This document shows, in pieces, positions 22,192 to 25,827 of a stretch of DNA of 25,827 nt (position 1 is its first letter; each line of letters begins with the position of its first letter). The position numbers were made by a program, and so were the translations under genes. Under the pieces are notes generated by a model. The model had not been told where the DNA came from and ran no database searches. It saw only the letters and a list, made by a program, of their open reading frames with translations. Origin of the DNA: a virus; the IMG/VR virus record IMGVR_UViG_3300045988_153208. One strand, written 5' to 3'.

Positions 22192-22204
22192 GGGAGGTTT
22201 TTTG
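22179..22204 (+). terminator. Intrinsic terminator CCTCCCT-cattg-AGGGAGG plus T6.
   Basis: Perfect 7-bp GC-rich stem followed by TTTTTT. Confidence 0.7.
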
Positions 22205-22210
22205 TTGCCC

Positions 22211-22291
22211 TAAGATTGTTAAAAATTTAACGATGTAGCAAGATTGTTAAAAGATTAACAATGTAGCAAGATTGTGAAAGATTTAACAATC
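22211..22291. repeat. Three tandem about 28-bp repeats (tAGCAAGATTGTTAAAArtTTAACaATG), each containing the palindrome TTGTTAA-N4-TTAACAA.
   Basis: Copies at 22211-22235, 22236-22263 and 22264-22291, read directly. Confidence 0.8.
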
Positions 22292-22295
22292 ACTC

Positions 22296-22400
22296 AACCA
22301 AGAGAGGACAAGGACACGCACGGCACAGTGGACAAGGCAAAGCGAGCCAACGAGCGAGCGACCAACAGACAAAGAGAACAACAACACAACACAACACAAT
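22296..22400. other. About 100-nt tract almost devoid of T on the plus strand (A/C/G only; CA and CAA repeats, ACAACAACACAACACAACACAA).
   Basis: Direct reading; extreme strand composition skew. Confidence 0.8.
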
Positions 22401-22408
22401 GATAGATA

Positions 22409-22430
22409 CATTGTTAATGTATTAACAATG
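22409..22430. promoter_or_regulatory. Operator-like palindrome CATTGTTAAT-gt-ATTAACAATG (10-bp perfect arms) between the two skewed tracts.
   Basis: Direct reading. Confidence 0.6.
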
Positions 22431-22432
22431 TA

Positions 22433-22505
22433 GTATAGTAGTATGGTATGGTATGGTAGGGTATGGGGTGGGGTGGGCTATGGGTAGTGGGTAGGGAGAG
22501 AGAGT
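22433..22505. other. About 73-nt C-free G/T/A tract with TATGG/TAGGG repeats and a G-quadruplex-type motif (GGGGTGGGGTGGGCTATGGGTAGTGGGTAGGG).
   Basis: Direct reading; four or more GGG runs separated by 1-5 nt. Confidence 0.75.
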
Positions 22506-22726
22506 AGACCAACAATAAGAGATGCGGACGCGCTTCCCACCGGTCGGCTCACCGGGAACCGCGCACAACAAATCTAATGTAAGTATTCTATTTCTCTTTT
22601 GGGTTCATCATCGTTAACGGCCCTAATCGCCCAAGAATAAGCCCTCGCACAATTGCCAAACAACACAGCAGGGCAGGCGCTGAACCGCGCGTATCCCGCA
22701 ACACACAGCTCTCACAGAGGAGCGAG

Positions 22727-22753
22727 CAAGATTGTTAAAAGTTTAACAATGTG
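22727..22753. promoter_or_regulatory. Operator-like palindrome copy (CAAGATTGTTAAAAGTTTAACAATGTG).
   Basis: Matches the repeat consensus. Confidence 0.55.
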
Positions 22754-22840
22754 AGAGCCAAGAGCAAGAGAGTAAAGAGTGCGCTTGCACAGGTAGCAAG
22801 GAGGATACACACGGCACAGTTGATACATTCGCTGACCGAG

Positions 22841-22866
22841 CAAGATTGTTAAAAAATTCACAATGT
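22841..22866. promoter_or_regulatory. Operator-like palindrome copy (CAAGATTGTTAAAAAATTCACAATGT).
   Basis: Matches the repeat consensus. Confidence 0.5.
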
Positions 22867-22890
22867 GTGGATGTGGTGAAGTCGCTGTTT

Positions 22891-22911
22891 AATTGTTAAA
22901 AATTTCACATT
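22891..22911. promoter_or_regulatory. Degenerate operator-like copy (AATTGTTAAAAATTTCACATT).
   Basis: Partial match to the consensus. Confidence 0.4.
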
Positions 22912-22990
22912 CGCTGTTGGATGCCGAACACGGTCGCAACGCCCCAGACTTCACCACATTAAAGTGTTAAAGAAAAAAAATTGCAAATGC

Positions 22991-23012
22991 GATTGTTAAA
23001 ATAATCACAATC
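22991..23012. promoter_or_regulatory. Operator-like copy (GATTGTTAAAATAATCACAATC) about 40 nt upstream of the promoter at 23054.
   Basis: Matches the consensus. Confidence 0.5.
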
Positions 23013-23053
23013 TTCATCCCGAAAATAAATAGGTTATTTTTGAAAAAACCTCT

Positions 23054-23081
23054 TGACAAATTGCCCTATGTGTGCTACAAT
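23054..23081 (+). promoter_or_regulatory. Promoter TTGACA-N16-TGcTACAAT for the two-gene operon 23112-23550.
   Basis: TTGACA at 23054-23059 and TACAAT at 23076-23081. Confidence 0.55.
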
Positions 23082-23111
23082 GATTACAGTAAAACAAAGG
23101 AGGACGATACA

Positions 23112-23348
23112 ATGTCTAACATCTATGGAGTCTGCTACACCACGAAAGAGCCTGTTGTCTACAACAGAGGGACACAGTGGGAGAAAACCTGTTCCGATTT
23201 CCTGTTCGTTCAGGCAAACAAGGACAATGGCACAAAGCTGGTGGACAAGCTGAACGCTATGCTTGCCGCAGGTGTGGAAAAGTACGAACTGCTGGACATG
23301 ACCAAGATTGACCATTTCTATCTTGACAAGTCCGAGGAAATGTATTAA
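23112..23348 (+). CDS. Hypothetical small protein, 78 aa.
   Basis: AAAGGAGGAC RBS and ATG at 23112. No in-frame TAG. TAA stop. Confidence 0.6.
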   Translation: MSNIYGVCYTTKEPVVYNRGTQWEKTCSDFLFVQANKDNGTKLVDKLNAMLAAGVEKYELLDMTKIDHFYLDKSEEMY

Positions 23349-23361
23349 GGAGGAACTGACA

Positions 23362-23550
23362 ATGACACGCACTATCGCTAATACCTACATCTGTATCAAC
23401 AACGAGGGACAGATGCTCTCCATCATTGCCCGCACGGGCAACGAAGCCCATAACATCGCAATAGGGTTTTTGCGGAAAGCAAACATCGTGAGCGTTCGCC
23501 GTGTATTCAAGTCTGGCAAGCTGGGCAAGGAAATTCTGAAAATTAAATAA
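23362..23550 (+). CDS. Hypothetical small basic protein, 62 aa.
   Basis: TAAGGAGGAA RBS and ATG at 23362. TAA stop followed by the terminator. Confidence 0.6.
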   Translation: MTRTIANTYICINNEGQMLSIIARTGNEAHNIAIGFLRKANIVSVRRVFKSGKLGKEILKIK

Positions 23551-23554
23551 AATA

Positions 23555-23584
23555 AACAGGGCGCAAGCCCTGTTATTTTTTTTA
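23555..23584 (+). terminator. Intrinsic terminator AACAGGGC-GCAA-GCCCTGTT plus T9 (GNRA tetraloop).
   Basis: Direct reading. Confidence 0.75.
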
Positions 23585-23603
23585 TAAAATGCGAAAAAAA
23601 CTA

Positions 23604-23632
23604 TTGACAAATATAAATAAGCGTGTTATAAT
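23604..23632 (+). promoter_or_regulatory. Promoter repeat copy P1: cTATTGACAAATATAAATAAGCGTGTTATAAT (TTGACA-N17-TGtTATAAT).
   Basis: TTGACA at 23604-23609 and TATAAT at 23627-23632. About 90% identical to the copies at 24022 and 25281. Confidence 0.6.
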
Positions 23633-23664
23633 GAATACAGAAATTAAGAAATGAGGTACACAAA

Positions 23665-23853
23665 ATGAAGAACATCTATGAAATCGAGAACATCATCGAC
23701 GAAATCCCCGCTGATGATTGGGCTGGCATTTGTAATCTGATGGACTACTACTATCAGTCGAATTTCTCCGCTGACGCTGAACAGAGACTGGCAAGGGCAA
23801 TCGCTCCTTACGGCTTGACCGCAGAGGAAATCCTGACCTGGGACGCTGAATAA
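23665..23853 (+). CDS. Small acidic protein, 62 aa.
   Basis: RBS AAATGAGGTACACAAA and ATG at 23665. TAA at 23851-23853 lies in the terminator loop. Confidence 0.55.
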   Translation: MKNIYEIENIIDEIPADDWAGICNLMDYYYQSNFSADAEQRLARAIAPYGLTAEEILTWDAE

Positions 23854-23868
23854 GCGTCCTATTTTTTT
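23841..23868 (+). terminator. Terminator GGACGC-tgaataa-GCGTCC plus T7.
   Basis: Direct reading. Confidence 0.6.
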
Positions 23869-23876
23869 GCTGTTGG

Positions 23877-23896
23877 ATTGTTAAAATTTTAACGAG
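23877..23896. promoter_or_regulatory. Operator-like palindrome copy (ATTGTTAAAATTTTAACGAG) between the terminator and the antisense promoter.
   Basis: Matches the TTGTTAA-N4-TTAAC consensus. Confidence 0.5.
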
Positions 23897-23933
23897 CATC
23901 GTCGCGCTCATCAGGCACGTGGCGCCCCGAAAT

Positions 23934-23963
23934 ATTATACCACAACAGTCCACCAGTTGTCAA
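23934..23963 (-). promoter_or_regulatory. Minus-strand promoter (TTGACA-N18-TGgTATAAT) firing antisense toward the 3' end of gene 23665..23853.
   Basis: The rc of 23958-23963 is TTGACA. The rc of 23934-23942 is TGGTATAAT. Confidence 0.4.
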
Positions 23964-24021
23964 GAGAAAAATACGAAAATTTCGCACAAAATTTGCTATC
24001 CCGATTTGTATAGTTTGCCAA

Positions 24022-24050
24022 TAGACAAAATGAAATAAGCGTGTTATAAT
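24022..24050 (+). promoter_or_regulatory. Promoter repeat copy P2: TAGACAAAATGAAATAAGCGTGTTATAAT.
   Basis: TAGACA at 24022-24027, TATAAT at 24045-24050, with extended TG. Confidence 0.55.
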
Positions 24051-24083
24051 GAGTACAACAAAACAACAAAGGAGATACACACA

Positions 24084-24392
24084 ATGATTAACATTCGTTC
24101 TATCCGCAAGCTGGGCAACAATGACGGGCTGACCCTCAAAATGGGCAAAAAGGTAAACTATAAATCCGGCTGGCAAGTTGCCACAGAGGGCATCGAGTGC
24201 AAGACCGCACAGGAAGCCATTGACGCGGTGAGAGACTACGGCGGCAATTGTGGCGTGTGGTTCAGTGAGGGCGTGTATTACATCGACAAAAGCAAGCGCG
24301 TGGCGACAAAGCGTGAAGCTATGGAAATCGGCAAAGCGTGTAATCAAATTTCCGTGTTGAAATGGGCAACTATGACGCTTGCCTACTGCTAA
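24084..24392 (+). CDS. Hypothetical protein, 102 aa.
   Basis: AAAGGAGATACACACA ATG. TAA stop followed by the terminator. Confidence 0.6.
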   Translation: MINIRSIRKLGNNDGLTLKMGKKVNYKSGWQVATEGIECKTAQEAIDAVRDYGGNCGVWFSEGVYYIDKSKRVATKREAMEIGKACNQISVLKWATMTLAYC

Positions 24393-24396
24393 AATA

Positions 24397-24423
24397 ATAG
24401 GGCGAAAGCCCTATTTTTTTTTG
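24397..24423 (+). terminator. Terminator ATAGGGC-GAAA-GCCCTAT plus T9.
   Basis: Direct reading; GNRA loop. Confidence 0.75.
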
Positions 24424-24443
24424 AAAAAATTTCAAAAAAGGTA

Positions 24444-24472
24444 TTGACAAATCCCGAAATAGGTGCTATAAT
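24444..24472 (+). promoter_or_regulatory. Promoter TTGACA-N17-TGcTATAAT.
   Basis: TTGACA at 24444-24449 and TATAAT at 24467-24472. Confidence 0.55.
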
Positions 24473-24502
24473 TAAACCATCAAAAGAGAGGAGCTAAACG
24501 CT

Positions 24503-24694
24503 ATGACAAACTTTGAACAGTATCTCGAAAACCTGATGGGTATGAAGAAAGCGGAAATCATCAATGAGGGCATCACCTGGGGCATCTGGGCGAACACCGA
24601 GGGCAACAAAGCCGAGTTGATGAAATGGAAAAAAGTTCTGCTGGCGCGTTCCCTCGCCGATAGGCTGGAAAGACTGGAAAGGCGGGGCTACTAA
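24503..24694 (+). CDS. Hypothetical protein, 63 aa.
   Basis: AGAGAGGAG RBS and ATG at 24503. TAA stop. Confidence 0.6.
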   Translation: MTNFEQYLENLMGMKKAEIINEGITWGIWANTEGNKAELMKWKKVLLARSLADRLERLERRGY

Positions 24695-24695
24695 G

Positions 24696-24722
24696 ACAAG
24701 GGCGAAAGCCCTTGTTTTTTTT
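24696..24722 (+). terminator. Terminator ACAAGGGC-GAAA-GCCCTTGT plus T8.
   Basis: Direct reading. Confidence 0.75.
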
Positions 24723-24773
24723 ATATGGCATTATGCCCATAATTCGGTTGAAAATTTTGGTGATTTTGCCTAT

Positions 24774-24801
24774 TGACATTCTGCCCCATTTGTGTTATAC
24801 T
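24774..24801 (+). promoter_or_regulatory. Promoter TTGACA-N16-TGtTATACT with no ORF immediately downstream. It transcribes into the GC palindrome and toward the next cassette.
   Basis: TTGACA at 24774-24779 and TATACT at 24796-24801. Confidence 0.45.
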
Positions 24802-24804
24802 CGG

Positions 24805-24831
24805 TCGCGCGCCCACGGTCCTGGCGCGCGA
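24805..24831. promoter_or_regulatory. GC-rich palindrome TCGCGCGCC-cacggtcct-GGCGCGCGA lying between face-to-face promoters.
   Basis: Perfect 9-bp inverted repeat. Confidence 0.6.
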
Positions 24832-24839
24832 AATTTACC

Positions 24840-24868
24840 ATTATACCATGTCCCAGCAATTTTGTCAA
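24840..24868 (-). promoter_or_regulatory. Minus-strand promoter (TTGACA-N17-TGgTATAAT) facing the 24774 promoter and firing antisense toward gene 24503..24694.
   Basis: The rc of 24863-24868 is TTGACA. The rc of 24840-24848 is TGGTATAAT. Confidence 0.45.
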
Positions 24869-24926
24869 TAGGCAAATCAAACAAAAATCATACATTCCAA
24901 ATCCCGAAATTTGTGCATTTTAACTA

Positions 24927-24955
24927 TTGACATTCATACGCCCCTGTGCTATACT
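24927..24955 (+). promoter_or_regulatory. Promoter TTGACA-N17-TGcTATACT.
   Basis: TTGACA at 24927-24932 and TATACT at 24950-24955. Confidence 0.55.
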
Positions 24956-24984
24956 GTATACATAAAACAGAGGAGGTCATGAGT

Positions 24985-25257
24985 ATGACGCGTGAGTACA
25001 AGATTAGGTTCATCGACAGCGAGGCGCAGTATAGCGAGACTGCTACTGCTCAGTGGGACACCGACACCAGTATATGCGATTTCCTTGAAGAACAGCTGTA
25101 TATTCAGTGGGAACTGCGCCCTCTGGAAAGATACTGGCAGAGAGAGTTCTGCACCAAAGGCTGGACGCGGTTTATATATGGTCTATATGAGCAGTTCTCC
25201 GTGTCTTATGACTGGGACAACTCCAATATCATTACCGTTGAAAAAATCCGAAGCTAA
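24985..25257 (+). CDS. Hypothetical protein, about 90 aa (alternative start ATG 24979).
   Basis: AGAGGAGG at 24971-24976. The ORF track's longer N-terminus (from 24946) lacks an RBS. Confidence 0.55.
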   Translation: MTREYKIRFIDSEAQYSETATAQWDTDTSICDFLEEQLYIQWELRPLERYWQREFCTKGWTRFIYGLYEQFSVSYDWDNSNIITVEKIRS

Positions 25258-25270
25258 TTCGGATTTTTTC
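25245..25270 (+). terminator. Terminator TCCGAA-gctaa-TTCGGA plus T6, overlapping the stop codon.
   Basis: Direct reading. Confidence 0.6.
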
Positions 25271-25280
25271 ATTTTTTCTA

Positions 25281-25309
25281 TTGACAAATACAAATAAGCG
25301 TGTTATAAT
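25281..25309 (+). promoter_or_regulatory. Promoter repeat copy P3: TTGACAAATACAAATAAGCGTGTTATAAT.
   Basis: TTGACA at 25281-25286 and TATAAT at 25304-25309. Confidence 0.6.
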
Positions 25310-25338
25310 TGTATTATCAAATGAGGGAGGTATTCAAG

Positions 25339-25560
25339 ATGGAATACTCAGTAGTAGTCAATAATGTTGAGGTCGTGCGCGTGAGCGGTGATGAAGCCGC
25401 GTGGAACAAATTTGAAACGGCGTGTGAGCTGGTGCGGCTGATGCTGGCTGATGGCGGTTTTGGTGAAGCGTGGGCAGAACTCCGCGAGATGAACGGCGAG
25501 CCTATCGCCCGCTTTGATGAAAACGGTATGAGCGAGTGCGGCGCAGTCCGCGGAATGTGA
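25339..25560 (+). CDS. Small acidic protein, 73 aa.
   Basis: GAGGGAGG RBS and ATG at 25339. TGA stop overlaps the next RBS. Confidence 0.55.
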   Translation: MEYSVVVNNVEVVRVSGDEAAWNKFETACELVRLMLADGGFGEAWAELREMNGEPIARFDENGMSECGAVRGM

Positions 25561-25570
25561 GGTGCGACAA

Positions 25571-25768
25571 ATGGACGCTAAGGGATTTACATTTTGCGGC
25601 GGGGCTGATGAACGGGATGTTCTCCGCTACGGCGAGTATCTGACCGATGAACAGTATACCACGTGGGATAGCCACTATTACCGCCTGCGCGCTATCCGCT
25701 ACAATGGCAAGCTGTACTGGCACAAGATGGTGGACGGCGAACTGGTTGAATTTAAGGTTTTGAAATGA
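25571..25768 (+). CDS. Hypothetical protein, about 65 aa, translationally coupled to the upstream gene.
   Basis: GAGGTG 6 nt before ATG 25571. TGA at 25766-25768 lies inside the terminator. Confidence 0.5.
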   Translation: MDAKGFTFCGGADERDVLRYGEYLTDEQYTTWDSHYYRLRAIRYNGKLYWHKMVDGELVEFKVLK

Positions 25769-25793
25769 GCCAAATTTTGGCTCATTTTTTTTG
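25766..25793 (+). terminator. Terminator TGAGCCAAAA / TTTTGGCTCA plus T8.
   Basis: Direct reading. Confidence 0.7.
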
Positions 25794-25805
25794 TGCATTT
25801 TGACT

Positions 25806-25827
25806 ATTGACAAAATAAGCATTTTTA
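25806..25827 (+). promoter_or_regulatory. Start of another promoter-repeat copy (cTATTGACAAAATAAGC...), truncated by the window end.
   Basis: TTGACA at 25807-25812. Shares the ATTGACAAA..ATAAGC motif of P1-P3. Confidence 0.4.

Noticed and set aside
21644-22238. ORFs 21644..21913(-), 21791..21994(+), 21885..22106(-) and 21966..22238(+) in the composition-transition region.
   Set aside because: They have no RBS, overlap each other, and cross the promoter and hairpin of the 31-aa peptide unit. The supported coding unit here is the tiny ORF 22096..22191.
22211-22291. Possible CRISPR array.
   Set aside because: The three 28-bp repeats are directly tandem with no spacers and each is an operator-like palindrome, so this is not CRISPR architecture.
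23034-25822. Minus-strand ORFs 23034..23372, 23257..23610, 23693..23953, 23889..24347, 24573..24779 and 25502..25822, and plus alternative-frame ORFs 23053..23253, 24992..25297 and 24712..24930.
   Set aside because: They are antisense or off-frame to the RBS-supported small plus-strand genes and run through promoters and terminators. Two of them (23693..23953 and 24573..24779) probably just mark antisense transcripts, not proteins.
1-25827. A tRNA (especially a suppressor tRNA-CUA) within the window.
   Set aside because: I scanned the noncoding stretches (19830-19995, 21750-22095, 22203-23050) for cloverleaf hallmarks (GTTCGAATC-like T-loop, 7-bp acceptor pairing). I found none. The suppressor, if phage-encoded, must lie outside this window.

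Overview
The window has two compositionally distinct parts.

Part 1 (about 1-21750) is AT-rich, roughly 30% GC by eye, and is a tailed-phage (siphovirus-like) genome segment. A leftward (minus-strand) packaging/head/tail module runs from about 19827 down to 1. Its gene order is: two zinc-ribbon proteins (possible TerS), TerL, a small Vsr/DUF559-like endonuclease, portal, protease-like/scaffold fusion, decoration-like protein, putative major capsid, several connector/virion proteins, putative major tail protein, two tail-assembly-type proteins, and a tape measure protein that runs off the left edge. A divergent sigma70-type promoter region at 19830-19995 drives this module leftward and a rightward early operon (19996-21746) of small and membrane proteins, including an AbrB/MazE-like regulator.

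The leftward genes are densely interrupted by in-frame TAG codons, while every gene end I checked is TAA or TGA. The clearest case is 2307-2312, where two ORF-track fragments of the tape measure gene are separated by one in-frame TAG. This indicates amber (TAG) reassignment, genetic code 15-like. TAG is never used as a terminator anywhere in the window.

Part 2 (about 21750-25827) is GC-richer, roughly 50% by eye. It carries an array of at least nine tiny standard-code genes (27-102 aa) with no in-frame TAG. Each gene or gene pair sits in its own cassette: a near-consensus TTGACA-N16/17-TGnTATAAT promoter, a strong Shine-Dalgarno sequence, and a GNRA-loop intrinsic terminator. Three promoters are near-identical ~32-nt repeats, and a fourth starts at the window end. 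The block also contains two convergent (antisense) promoters, a 31-aa hydrophobic peptide unit, and an ~0.85-kb noncoding region (22203-23050). That noncoding region holds nine copies of a TTGTTAA-N4-TTAACAA operator-like palindrome, three of them as tandem 28-bp repeats, flanking extreme strand-skewed tracts (T-free ACG tract, then a C-free G/T tract with G-quadruplex motifs).

No tRNA, CRISPR array, integrase or lysis genes were recognised. All coordinates were derived by hand translation and carry a risk of a few nt error.
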